Assembly (NCBI GenBank): GCA_002372315.1
Contig: DFFU01000012.1
Coordinates: 28,755 to 92,754 of the forward strand
Length of the DNA: 64,000 bases
Direction of reading: 5' to 3'
From: Alphaproteobacteria bacterium UBA3768
GTDB lineage: Bacteria; Pseudomonadota; Alphaproteobacteria; CAAHEQ01; UBA3637
Below are positions 43,334 to 53,267 of this stretch, in pieces. The translations under genes were made by a program, and so were the position numbers. Each line of letters begins with the position of its first letter. The stretch's first letter is position 1. Below the pieces are notes generated by a model. That model was given only the letters and a program-made list of their open reading frames with translations, was not told the origin of the DNA and ran no database searches.

Positions 43334-43360
43334 AAATCCCCCAGTCAAATGGGGGATTTT
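43334..43360. terminator. Bidirectional terminator downstream of the FadL paralog
   Basis: AAAATCCCCCA-gtcaaa-TGGGGGATTTTA. Confidence 0.7.
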
Positions 43361-43376
43361 ATCTGTGAGGCTGTAA

Positions 43377-44591
43377 TTAGAAATTGTATTGTAAAGATAC
43401 ACCAAACAAATCTAATCCAGTATGGTATTTACCATTTAAAGTCGTTCCATTGGAACTGGATTTATTATTGGTTCGTGCATTTTTCCAAAACATATGACCA
43501 TAGGACATATCCAATTGCCAATTACCTTTTTGATAACTTGCGCCGATAGTGCCTAACCATCTGTCAGAATCAGGGACGCGGGCTGTACGTGTGCGTGGGC
43601 GTTTGACAGCGCCTTCATCATGGGCAATACCTGCACGGAATGTCAAATTTTTACAATAATAATAATCCACACCAGCCCCGATCATCCATGCATTCTTCCA
43701 ATCTTCATCTACGGTAGGTGTGTTATAACTAGATGAGGCTCCATTCATAATTCTGTATGTGTTATACGCTGTAGATTGAATGTTTAATTTATCAAAACGA
43801 CTCCAACGTGTCCAACGGGCCATGGCGGATAGACCAAACTTACCCATTTTATGATAGGCAGACAATAACACGTGTTCAGGCAGAATCAATTTCGTGCTGT
43901 CCATTCCATTGATTCCCTGTAAATAGTGAGGACCACTGATTTTATGAATCGTGCGTGAACGATAGGCTACACCAAAACGAGTATCTTCAAATGGTTTATA
44001 CATGACACCCAAAATATATCCAGGTGCAGTGTTGTCGTGGGCATTCATATCGCTACCTGTATTGGTTAAACGTGCCTCTAAGTATTCTGCAAAAACGCTG
44101 GCTCCTACCACTAAATTATCCATTATTTTATAGGAGCTAGATACTGCAAAATCCATTGCCGTAATTTCTGTGTTGATAGCGTGGCTTGCCCCAAACCAAT
44201 TTTTGTTTTTGTAATAGGTTGCCATACCAAATGGGACGTAGTAGCCAGCCCCTAATGTCCAACGTTCATTAATGCGTTTTTGACCAAAAAAATGTGGAAT
44301 GATCTTGTTTGTACGGATTTCGCTTTGTCCCGATTTTGCGGGATTGTTGTCTAAATTCCCTGTCAAAACAGAACGCATACTCAACCAGCTGGTACCGATT
44401 TGCAGACCATCATTTTTTAAATCCATGCCAGCAGGGTTAAATGCAATAGCCGAATAATCATCCCCCACAACACCAGCACCTGCGAAGGCGCGCCCCATAT
44501 TGGTGGTAGAATATTCTTGTAACTGATAACCACCGGCGTTGGCCAAAGAAGCAGTTAATAAAAAAGCAGTAAAAGTTAAAAGTTTTTTCAT
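43377..44591 (-). CDS. FadL/OmpP1/TodX-family outer-membrane channel (paralog of 549..1823)
   Basis: Signal peptide ending ANA, GGYQLQEYSTTNMGRAFAGAGVVGDDYSAIAFNPAGM, and C-terminal LFGVSLQYNF. Confidence 0.85.
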   Translation of the reverse strand: MKKLLTFTAFLLTASLANAGGYQLQEYSTTNMGRAFAGAGVVGDDYSAIAFNPAGMDLKNDGLQIGTSWLSMRSVLTGNLDNNPAKSGQSEIRTNKIIPHFFGQKRINERWTLGAGYYVPFGMATYYKNKNWFGASHAINTEITAMDFAVSSSYKIMDNLVVGASVFAEYLEARLTNTGSDMNAHDNTAPGYILGVMYKPFEDTRFGVAYRSRTIHKISGPHYLQGINGMDSTKLILPEHVLLSAYHKMGKFGLSAMARWTRWSRFDKLNIQSTAYNTYRIMNGASSSYNTPTVDEDWKNAWMIGAGVDYYYCKNLTFRAGIAHDEGAVKRPRTRTARVPDSDRWLGTIGASYQKGNWQLDMSYGHMFWKNARTNNKSSSNGTTLNGKYHTGLDLFGVSLQYNF

Positions 44592-44712
44592 ATTTATCCT
44601 TTCGTTGGTATGATCTCAAGATAGTATAATAATATGCTGTGAGCATTTAACTTTTTTAATGCTAAATAACTTATTGTAAAAAAAAGAATATATAAATAAT
44701 ATTTTAAAAACA

Positions 44713-45840
44713 TTAGATATATTTCTTATAAAAATCGCGTACGGCTTCGGCAATGAGTGTGTGTCCTTTTAAATTGGGATGAACGCCATCATCACATAGA
44801 AAATCACGATAATTTTTTTGTTTAAAAAAATAAGTTGTAATATCAATGACGGGGACATTGCATTCCAAAGCGATTTTGAAAATTTCCAAGTTGTACATCA
44901 TGTGGAAAGTATGGGCTCTTTCTGTTGTGCCATCCATTACTTTTAAAATACACTTTTTGTTACGTCCTTGTGAAATATATTCAAAAAAACGTTCGGCATC
45001 AATGGGGGGCATGGATAAAAGCAGGGGGACTTTCCCTTGTTTTTGTGTCAGCTGAATCAAATGAATATAACGTGTATGAAATTCGGATAAAGACAAGTGA
45101 GGGCCGTGTTTTTTATGCGGATATTGACAAACAGCATCCCAATCGTGGTTGCACTCGTTTGATCCAAAAGAAAAGACAATGTAATCACAATTTTTAACAT
45201 AGGATAAATGTGATAAGAATGCTTTTTCCCCTTCAACAACAGTGGAACCATGTCGGGCAAAATTTTTCCATATAATGTTCAATTCTTGCTTGGATAGATT
45301 GACGAAACTGTCTTTTAAAATTTGATATTTATTTGTCTGAGCATCATGTATGATGCCTTCTAAAATAGAATCCCCAAAACCGCATAGTATTAGATTTTTC
45401 TTTAATTTTTCTGGATCAGGCTTACGATTTTTAATTAAAACATCCACTTCGTAGCCATTGGTAAAATTATTGACGGAAACACCAAAATTTCCGCGGTTTT
45501 CAATATAAAGTTTGCGGATGTATGAACGAATAGTTGTTTCGTCTACCTGTTGCATTTTGGGAATAGCGGTAAAGGTATAAGGGATATTTTTGGGAAAATT
45601 TTTAATCCAACGTGCCATAGTAGTAGGTGTTACAGATAAAATTTTGGCCACTTGATTTTGGGAAATACCCAATTGGCAAAGTGCCAATGCTGTGGCCTTA
45701 TCTTTGCTATCTCTGCCATGGGGGGTCATCTTGGTAAATTGATGCCCACACCTTTTGCATTGGTAGCGTTGTACCCCAAAAACAAATCCGTTTTTTTTAA
45801 TTTCACAAGCCCCACAATTTTTACAAACAATTCTTTCCAT
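44713..45840 (-). CDS. Fusion protein: IS1 InsA-like zinc ribbon + HTH, joined to an SGNH/GDSL hydrolase domain
   Basis: ATG at 45840. The N-terminus reads CKNCGACEIKKNGFVFGVQRYQCKRCGHQF, then LGISQNQVAKILSVTPTTMARWIKNF. The C-terminal domain has CGFGDSILEG (block I) and DDGVHPNLKGH (block V). Confidence 0.65.
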   Translation of the reverse strand: MERIVCKNCGACEIKKNGFVFGVQRYQCKRCGHQFTKMTPHGRDSKDKATALALCQLGISQNQVAKILSVTPTTMARWIKNFPKNIPYTFTAIPKMQQVDETTIRSYIRKLYIENRGNFGVSVNNFTNGYEVDVLIKNRKPDPEKLKKNLILCGFGDSILEGIIHDAQTNKYQILKDSFVNLSKQELNIIWKNFARHGSTVVEGEKAFLSHLSYVKNCDYIVFSFGSNECNHDWDAVCQYPHKKHGPHLSLSEFHTRYIHLIQLTQKQGKVPLLLSMPPIDAERFFEYISQGRNKKCILKVMDGTTERAHTFHMMYNLEIFKIALECNVPVIDITTYFFKQKNYRDFLCDDGVHPNLKGHTLIAEAVRDFYKKYI

Positions 45841-45914
45841 ATCTTCATCATAAATGAAATTTGCTAGAATTGCAAGAAACATTGACTTTTTTTGTTTTTT
45901 TTGATATGATGTAG

Positions 45915-46901
<987 letters not shown>

Positions 46902-46910
46902 GGAGGGAAA

Positions 46911-47114
46911 ATGGAAAAAGATTTAGTAGATTTGAGTAAATATTTAGTTGTTGATGATTGGTCCCAAAAGGCTAAAGTTTTAGATGGCCCTGAGGATATT
47001 GCCGAAGCCGAAGCGATAAATAAAGGAATGAGGAAGGTTGTTCAGGAATATAGAAGCAGAGCTACGCTATCGTGGCACAAAGCGCGTCGTATGATTTTGG
47101 ACAGATCCTGTTAA
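46911..47114 (+). CDS. Hypothetical small protein
   Basis: 67-aa ORF starting 10 nt after obg, with AGGAGG upstream. No recognisable motif. Confidence 0.35.
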   Translation: MEKDLVDLSKYLVVDDWSQKAKVLDGPEDIAEAEAINKGMRKVVQEYRSRATLSWHKARRMILDRSC

Positions 47115-47443
47115 ATCCTTTTGATTTCTATTCCAACAACGCCATATTTTTGCTGACTTTCGGGGGTGTAAAACTCTTGCAGGCAATCAATCAGTGCTTC
47201 TTTTGTGCTAAAACCTGCTTGAGTTGGTTGAATAGTCTTGCACAATTCATCAAAGCTGTTGGCGTGATACAATGCCAAAACTTGGGCCACAAAAGTGTCG
47301 TTTAAATTTGATAAATCTGAAAAAGTAATTTGATCACCCACTTTGATTTGTTGCCGTTTTTCATCCCACAGGCGTAATTCTATGGTTTTAATACCTGATT
47401 TCAAAAGTTGGTAGTATTTTGTTTGTACTTTCATTGTATGCAT
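47111..47443 (-). CDS. ASCH-domain protein
   Basis: Internal ATG at 47443. The longer ORF-track version would overlap the divergent GNAT gene. MKVQTKYYQLLKSGIKTIELRLWDEKRQQIKVGDQITF has the ASCH beta-barrel pattern. Confidence 0.6.
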   Translation of the reverse strand: MHTMKVQTKYYQLLKSGIKTIELRLWDEKRQQIKVGDQITFSDLSNLNDTFVAQVLALYHANSFDELCKTIQPTQAGFSTKEALIDCLQEFYTPESQQKYGVVGIEIKRI

Positions 47444-47499
47444 GATGTATCCTTGATAAAAAAACAAACTTATGGTATAATAAGGTAGAAAGAAAAATA

Positions 47500-48021
47500 A
47501 TGCAAATAAAAATTGAACGACATTTTGTAAGATCTCATCTGCCGTTGTATCGCAACGTTTATTCCTTAACACAATCTGTTGAAAAAACTTATCCCAATTA
47601 TAAAAATTGGTATGAAAATGTTTTCTTATCGGGACTAAAACAAGGCGATCGTAGTATGATTTTAGCATTTGAAAAAGAGCAACTGGTTGGTTGTGCTTTG
47701 ATTAAAAATGTACCTCAAGAAAAAAAGTTGTGTACATTGTTTGTTCGTCCTGATTCTAGAGGGCAAGGCATAGGGGAAAAATTATTACGTATTGCCATTG
47801 ATGAACTGGGGCAGCCCCCTTTAACTTCTGTGTCGGAAAAGAACATTTCTTTTATAAAAGGCTTATTTAATAAATTTCATTTTCGCTTATCAGCTCTTAA
47901 AAAAGATTTCTATCAGTCAGGTGTGAATGAGTATTTTTTTAATGACGAACGAGCCGAAACAATACAAAATAAACTTATTCCTGTACTTATTCAGCGTCAA
48001 AAACACTTGAAAAGAGATTGA
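47500..48021 (+). CDS. GNAT-family N-acetyltransferase
   Basis: LVGCALIKNVPQEKKLCTLFVRPDSRGQGIGEKLLRIAIDEL matches acetyl-CoA-binding motif A (R/Q-x-x-G-x-G/A). Confidence 0.7.
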   Translation: MQIKIERHFVRSHLPLYRNVYSLTQSVEKTYPNYKNWYENVFLSGLKQGDRSMILAFEKEQLVGCALIKNVPQEKKLCTLFVRPDSRGQGIGEKLLRIAIDELGQPPLTSVSEKNISFIKGLFNKFHFRLSALKKDFYQSGVNEYFFNDERAETIQNKLIPVLIQRQKHLKRD

Positions 48022-48022
48022 T

Positions 48023-48493
48023 TTAAAGACAATGACGTGTGGGGGCGTTCAATGTTTCCAGCAACACAGTGCCACTGGTTTGACGAATTTTTGTGTATTG
48101 GTTACGCAACGTGTCGCGAATATAGTAAGGATTTGGAATTTTGTGCATGATGATTTGTCCTGTAAAATCACTGGAATTAACCACAATATCGCCAATATCT
48201 GCCCATGTGTCAATCAAAGATTGGTTTGTAACACTATCGGTAATACGAAATAACTCCACCTCATCCACTGTTTTTGAAAATATACCAGATATAATCAACA
48301 AACGCTTATCAGTTAAAGCATAGGACGTATAAACGCGTTTATAGTACAAACAAGGAATAAATATGCCCAATGTAATAATAGTTAAAAACCAATACAGTGG
48401 ATTATATTTCATATCTATAATAGAGCCTGTCACATGCCAAAAAAAGTGTTCATCAGAACGCAAAACTTTTCTTAAAACATTTAAATCTGACAT
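48023..48493 (-). CDS. Membrane protein with bacterial PH (bPH_2 / YdbT-like) domain
   Basis: Two N-terminal TM helices, then YALTDKRLLIISGIFSKTVDEVELFRITDS, typical of the bPH_2 fold. Confidence 0.6.
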   Translation of the reverse strand: MSDLNVLRKVLRSDEHFFWHVTGSIIDMKYNPLYWFLTIITLGIFIPCLYYKRVYTSYALTDKRLLIISGIFSKTVDEVELFRITDSVTNQSLIDTWADIGDIVVNSSDFTGQIIMHKIPNPYYIRDTLRNQYTKIRQTSGTVLLETLNAPTRHCL

Positions 48494-48696
48494 TTTTTAT
48501 TCCTTTTGTTACGGTTCAGTTTAATGGTTTATGATAAAAAAATCAAGCATTATTTTTATTCTGTTTCATAAACAAATATGTGTTTGATATATCAGGATAT
48601 TTATTTTTATGAAAAGATGAAAAAATACTAGATTTTTGTTTTTTACAACACCAATGTAATCAGTGCTTCAACTGATAAAAAGAAAGGAGAAATCAA

Positions 48697-49281
48697 ATGA
48701 AGAAATTATTGTTATCCGGATTGGCTGTGATGGGATTGTTGTCAACAACAGTGGCAGCTCGAGCCGAAGAAGATTATTGGAATATGAGTGATGGTTATGC
48801 CGTAATGCAAGCCGGCTATGGTTTTGGTCATAAAGATTATAAAGAATCGGGTGTGTTTGCGTTGGGTGGTGGTTATCACTTTAACCCTTACATACGTGGG
48901 GATATCACAGTCGGTATGCGCGCGTGGGGGGAAGTGAAACATGATGACACAAAAGTGGACACATGGTCTGTCCCAGCGTTGGCAAATATATACGTCAATG
49001 TGCCTTGGCAAAAAATGGGTTTATATGTGATGGGTGGATTAGGTGCTAGCTATAATAAAACAGATGGTTCATCCTATACCAGCGGGGACAGTAAAGTCAG
49101 TTTTGCTTGGACAGCCGGTGCAGGTATTGATTATCGTTTAAATAAATGTTGGAGCATGGACTTAGGCTATCGCTATGTTGATTTAGGCGAAGGCCGTTCC
49201 AAATTGAAAGTAGATGGGGTACACGTTAAAAAAGACATTCGTTCCCATGATATTTTGTTGTCCGCACGTTATTATTTTTAA
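48697..49281 (+). CDS. Small outer-membrane beta-barrel protein (OmpW/opacity-type)
   Basis: Signal peptide ending ARA, alternating beta-strand pattern, FAWTAGAGIDYRL, and C-terminal LLSARYYF. Confidence 0.75.
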   Translation: MKKLLLSGLAVMGLLSTTVAARAEEDYWNMSDGYAVMQAGYGFGHKDYKESGVFALGGGYHFNPYIRGDITVGMRAWGEVKHDDTKVDTWSVPALANIYVNVPWQKMGLYVMGGLGASYNKTDGSSYTSGDSKVSFAWTAGAGIDYRLNKCWSMDLGYRYVDLGEGRSKLKVDGVHVKKDIRSHDILLSARYYF

Positions 49282-49293
49282 TAACATATGGAA

Positions 49294-49326
49294 TAAAAAA
49301 ACGGACGCTTTCAAGCGTCCGTTTTG
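49294..49326. terminator. Bidirectional terminator between two convergent OMP genes
   Basis: AAAAAAA-CGGACGC-tttcaa-GCGTCCG-TTTT. Confidence 0.75.
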
Positions 49327-49328
49327 TG

Positions 49329-50252
49329 TTATTTGGTGGCCGAATAGTTGCCGACATATTGCAGACCAATCACGGCTTGGGTTTTGTGCTCGCCACCGAT
49401 ACCTTGCTGGATACCTGCTACTGCTGTAAATCCTTTGCCGATATTATAGCTGATACCTGCTTCGGCAATGCCACCGATTTTACCCGAGCTGGGCTTGCAT
49501 ACTTCCGCGTTGGCAAACAGGGCCAGTTTATCGGTGATGTTGTGTTTGGCGGATAAAACCCCAGTTGTTTTATGGTTTTTATACATGATTTCGCCGACTA
49601 CAGCATTGTTTTTATCGGGGGTCCAAGCTACGGTTGCACCACCATAAGTCAAGGGTCTAGCACCGCCGGCGGCTTGGAATTGTACGCCCCAAGCATTATT
49701 GAACTGCTTTTTATAACCGACCAAAGCATTGTCCCAGTGATGTGGGCCCGCTTTACAACCTGTGGCCAAAGTACCGATTTCTACACCCCAAGGTTTATAG
49801 TTCAAGCTGCTGCCGGTGAATCCTCGGCTCGTTCCATTCAAACGTACATCATTAGAAAAGAAAGTTGTAGCAGGAACATTTTTGTATCCAGCAGTTTGGA
49901 AAGGTGTACATTCACGTCCAATCATAGCTTCCCAGTCTTCGGTGTGAAGGACAAGTTTGCTCATAAGGGTCATCCAATCTGTCTTTCCACCATCCAATTC
50001 ACCCCATCTGTAAAAAGAGCCTTCATAATAAACTCCTTTCTGGTCGGCTTCAACCCCGATATGCGGTTTGATGGTAATATCACCGAATCCTTTTTGATCA
50101 GAAGATTTTTCGCCGTTCACAAATAAAGTCACATTGGCATCTGTTTTTAAATCACGTTGTTGATCATCGGCACCTTCCGCATTTGCTTTTGGTGTTGTAC
50201 CCAACAAAGCGCCCATTACGGCCAACATTTTTAAAAGTTTATTTTTCATCAT
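49329..50252 (-). CDS. Secreted beta-rich protein, candidate porin/outer-membrane protein
   Basis: ATG at 50252 follows AGGAGG. Signal peptide MMKNKLLKMLAVMGALLGTTPKANA, Gly/aromatic-rich alternating sequence. No family motif recognised. Confidence 0.45.
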   Translation of the reverse strand: MMKNKLLKMLAVMGALLGTTPKANAEGADDQQRDLKTDANVTLFVNGEKSSDQKGFGDITIKPHIGVEADQKGVYYEGSFYRWGELDGGKTDWMTLMSKLVLHTEDWEAMIGRECTPFQTAGYKNVPATTFFSNDVRLNGTSRGFTGSSLNYKPWGVEIGTLATGCKAGPHHWDNALVGYKKQFNNAWGVQFQAAGGARPLTYGGATVAWTPDKNNAVVGEIMYKNHKTTGVLSAKHNITDKLALFANAEVCKPSSGKIGGIAEAGISYNIGKGFTAVAGIQQGIGGEHKTQAVIGLQYVGNYSATK

Positions 50253-50451
50253 GGTGTCCTCCTTTCTTTTTTGGACAAGCATATTTTAACCTTAATAGGC
50301 GAATAAACATAGGATAATCAGTTGAAAATCAATAAGGCTATGTTTTTTATATAGCCTAAAAGTTGAAGTTATATAAAAAGCATATTTTGACTTATTTTGG
50401 ATGTGTAAAAAACAGGTTGAATTTTGAAAGATTTTATGGTATAATCTAGTC

Positions 50452-50658
50452 ATGGAAAAGGAAACTATTTACATTAAGGGTGATGATATTTCTACAGAAG
50501 AGCTAACGCGCAGGCTTAATCGTGAACGCAGAAGTTTTTTAGAATTTGAAAAAGAAAAAATTAGAGTAAATGATCAGTTGGATAAATTGCAAAAATCCTC
50601 TAGAATGTCTCATATTGATTGGCGTTTAGAAGAATTAAAAAGGGAGATGGGCAGATGA
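50452..50658 (+). CDS. Hypothetical small coiled-coil protein translationally coupled to hisS
   Basis: 68-aa charged ORF. Its TGA overlaps the hisS ATG as ATGA at 50655..50658. Confidence 0.4.
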   Translation: MEKETIYIKGDDISTEELTRRLNRERRSFLEFEKEKIRVNDQLDKLQKSSRMSHIDWRLEELKREMGR

Positions 50659-51953
50659 AAGAAACGATTGATACTCAACCTTTGCGTGGTATGCGCGATT
50701 TTTTACCGAAGGATTGGATTTTTCGCAAACAATTGATGCAAATTTGGTCAGAGGTGGCCGAACAAAATGGCTTTGTGCGTTATGAAACGCCGATTGTAGA
50801 ATCTCTTTCTTTGTTGGAACGTAAAGCAGGCGAGGAAATCTCGGATCAAATTTATAATTTTGAAGATAAATCAGGTCGTGCCATTGCTTTGCGCCCAGAA
50901 ATTACGCCATCTATGGTGCGTATTGTATCAGCCAATCGTGATCATTTTCCATCAACGGGTAAAGTGTATTCCATTGGTCAATGTTTCCGCTATGAAAGAG
51001 CCTCATTGGGGCGTAAACGTGAACACTTTCAGTGGAACATTGATATCGTGGGTGAAACAGGTGTGATTTGTGAGGCCTATTTAATTCAGACGGCGATTCA
51101 GGTGATGGCACGTTTGGGGTTTGTCAACGGTGAATATCGTGTGCGTGTGAATAATCGTGTGTTAGTGTCAGACTTTTTAAATACTTTGGATATTGCGGGT
51201 GAAAAAGCATTGGCTGTGATGGGTGTGATGGATAAAAAGGAAAAAGTTTCTCCCGAAGCATTCGATGAAATGTTGGGTGAAATTGGTATCAATAAGGCTC
51301 AGATTGAAAAAATCAATGCTTTTATGCAATCCAAAGACCTTAAAACAATTGAAAAGTTTGTGCCATCAGATTGTCAAGGATTGAAAGATTTGCAACAATT
51401 TTGGTCCTATTGCCAAGCACTTGATATTACAGATTTTGTACAGATTGATACAGCGATTGTGCGTGGGCTTGCTTATTACACAGGTATTGTATTTGAATGT
51501 TTTGACACAAAAGGTAAGTTCCGTGCGATTTTCGGTGGTGGACGCTATGATCATTTGTTTGAACGATTGACAGGACGCCCCTGTGCTGCGGTCGGTATGG
51601 GCTTTGGTGATGTTGTGGTGGAAGAACTTTATAAGGATAAATTTGGTGCTCATGACAAATATGAAGGCGTGGATATTATGTTGGGTGGCTTTGGTGCGGG
51701 TGCAGAACCTGTATTATTAAAACTTGTCAGTCAATTAGATCAAACGCCTTATACTTTGGATTATGATTTTAAGGCGTCCGCCCCTGGTAAATTTTTGGGG
51801 CGTGCGGATAAACGTGGCGCAAAGGTGGCCATTTATATCGGTGAAAATGAATTGAATGAAGGCATGGTAATGGTGAAAAATTTACAGACCAAAGAACAAG
51901 TCATGCTGTCCCCCGATGAAGTGGTGCAAAACTTGGAAAAAGTTTTGAAATAG
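50655..51953 (+). CDS. hisS: Histidine--tRNA ligase
   Basis: ATG at 50655 gives MKETIDTQPLRGMRDFLP. Class II motifs: ALRPEITPSMVR, CFRYERASLGRKREHFQWNIDIVG, GGGRYD. Confidence 0.9.
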   Translation: MKETIDTQPLRGMRDFLPKDWIFRKQLMQIWSEVAEQNGFVRYETPIVESLSLLERKAGEEISDQIYNFEDKSGRAIALRPEITPSMVRIVSANRDHFPSTGKVYSIGQCFRYERASLGRKREHFQWNIDIVGETGVICEAYLIQTAIQVMARLGFVNGEYRVRVNNRVLVSDFLNTLDIAGEKALAVMGVMDKKEKVSPEAFDEMLGEIGINKAQIEKINAFMQSKDLKTIEKFVPSDCQGLKDLQQFWSYCQALDITDFVQIDTAIVRGLAYYTGIVFECFDTKGKFRAIFGGGRYDHLFERLTGRPCAAVGMGFGDVVVEELYKDKFGAHDKYEGVDIMLGGFGAGAEPVLLKLVSQLDQTPYTLDYDFKASAPGKFLGRADKRGAKVAIYIGENELNEGMVMVKNLQTKEQVMLSPDEVVQNLEKVLK

Positions 51954-51976
51954 TTTTTCGTTCAAAGGGGGGAAAG

Positions 51977-52789
51977 ATGAAAAAATGGATTTTTGTATTA
52001 TTGTTGGGAATTTCGTTGCCTTGCTGGGCAATAGAATGTTCCTCAAACAAACCTTTAATAATAACTAAAACTATTTGTTCTGATCCGGGTAGATGCCAAG
52101 AAATAGAAGAATGTAGGGACTGTTCATTTTTAGGGCCAGCAAAGGCTATAAAAGAGAATTGTATACAATGCGATAGAGAATATGTAGATGGTTGGTGTTT
52201 GCCAAAAAAATGCCCCAAGGGATATTTTATGAGTAAATTTATAGAGTGTTTACCATGTGATGAAAAGGAAAATATTTGGGCATCTGCAGAACATTGTACA
52301 CACTGTCCCAATCGTAAATATTTCCATGAAAAATGCATTTTAGGATGTCCAAATGGGCAATTTTTAGGACAAGATGGAGTGTGTTATTCATGTTTCTCTA
52401 AAGATGGTATTAAGTCATCAGATAATGAGGAATGCAGAAAATGTGCTAATCGTATTGAAGAAAATGGTATTTGTATTTTAAGAGATGGCCCAAAAGTTCT
52501 TCCCAAAAAGAATGAACAATCTTCAATAGGAATATCAAAAAGAGTGGTGATTAATCCAGATAAAAATCAAAATTATTCTTTTTGTGGGAGTGTTCAACCA
52601 TCAAAACCTTGTCTTTTTTATGTACAAAATTATAAAACATATGATATGCTGGGAGATGATTTTTTAAAGGAAGTAGCTTCTAAAATAAATCGAGGAATTT
52701 TTGAAATACAAAAGAGTAATCCTTCGTACCAAAAGATGCTTGTGAAGCCAGGGTATTTTGCTGAAATTATTGTGCCTGCACTGAGATAA
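51977..52789 (+). CDS. Secreted cysteine-rich repeat protein (CxxC / furin-like modules), paralog of 58175..59539
   Basis: Signal peptide LPCWA. Modules include CIQCDREYVDGWCLPKKCPKGYF, CTHCPNRKYFHEKCILGCPNGQF and CRKCANRIEENGIC. Confidence 0.7.
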   Translation: MKKWIFVLLLGISLPCWAIECSSNKPLIITKTICSDPGRCQEIEECRDCSFLGPAKAIKENCIQCDREYVDGWCLPKKCPKGYFMSKFIECLPCDEKENIWASAEHCTHCPNRKYFHEKCILGCPNGQFLGQDGVCYSCFSKDGIKSSDNEECRKCANRIEENGICILRDGPKVLPKKNEQSSIGISKRVVINPDKNQNYSFCGSVQPSKPCLFYVQNYKTYDMLGDDFLKEVASKINRGIFEIQKSNPSYQKMLVKPGYFAEIIVPALR

Positions 52790-52792
52790 AAA

Positions 52793-52816
52793 ATCCCCCG
52801 ATTTTGGGGGATTTTT
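52793..52816. terminator. Bidirectional terminator
   Basis: AAAATCCCCC-gatttt-GGGGGATTTTT between convergent genes. Confidence 0.75.
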
Positions 52817-52831
52817 GATATCTATTCAATT

Positions 52832-53185
52832 TTAAATCTGATCTGTCGGTAAGACTTCGCCACCCAAGATGTGGGCGTGGAAGTGTGGAACTTCCTGACC
52901 GGCATTTTTGCCTGTGTTCATTACGATGCGATAGCCGCCTTCTTTTAATCCTAATAAATTTGTTACATGAACCACTGCACGGAAAAAGTCGGTCAGTTCT
53001 TTATCGGATGAATGTTCCAAAAAATCTTGGAAATTGACATACATACTTTTGGGAATCACTAAAGCGTGAATTTTAGCTTTAGGGTTGATATCGTAAAACG
53101 ATAAAACTTTGTCGTCTTCATAGATTTTATTGCAAGGAATTTCACCTCTTAAAATTTTAGCAAAGACATTATTTGCATCATACAT
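52832..53185 (-). CDS. HIT-family (histidine triad) nucleotide hydrolase
   Basis: ATG at 53185 follows GGAGAA. IFAKILRGEIPC-type N-terminus and the HFHAHILGG histidine triad. Confidence 0.85.
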   Translation of the reverse strand: MYDANNVFAKILRGEIPCNKIYEDDKVLSFYDINPKAKIHALVIPKSMYVNFQDFLEHSSDKELTDFFRAVVHVTNLLGLKEGGYRIVMNTGKNAGQEVPHFHAHILGGEVLPTDQI

Positions 53186-53267
53186 GATTTTTTCTCCTTT
53201 TTTCAGTTGCGTTTTTATCAAATTTTATGCTACAATAGCTTTATTCCAAAAAAAGGGCAACAAAAAA

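Noticed and set aside
44713-45882. An IS1-family insertion sequence
   Set aside because: Only the InsA-like zinc-ribbon/HTH module is present. There is no InsB/DDE frame, no frameshift site and no terminal inverted repeats, and the rest of the ORF is an SGNH hydrolase.
47444-47668. N-terminal 75 codons of the ORF-track 185-aa version of the ASCH gene
   Set aside because: This extension overlaps the divergent GNAT gene start (47500) and its promoter region. The ASCH domain begins at the internal Met (47443).
49572-50126. 184-aa plus-strand ORF. Similar long antisense ORFs occur at 13004..13420, 25490..25975, 54939..55349 and 57698..58104.
   Set aside because: All lie entirely antisense to, or out of frame within, well-supported genes (porin-like protein, M23 peptidase, dnaE/SPFH, perM, ftsK). 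They have no RBS and an odd composition, and are shadow ORFs.
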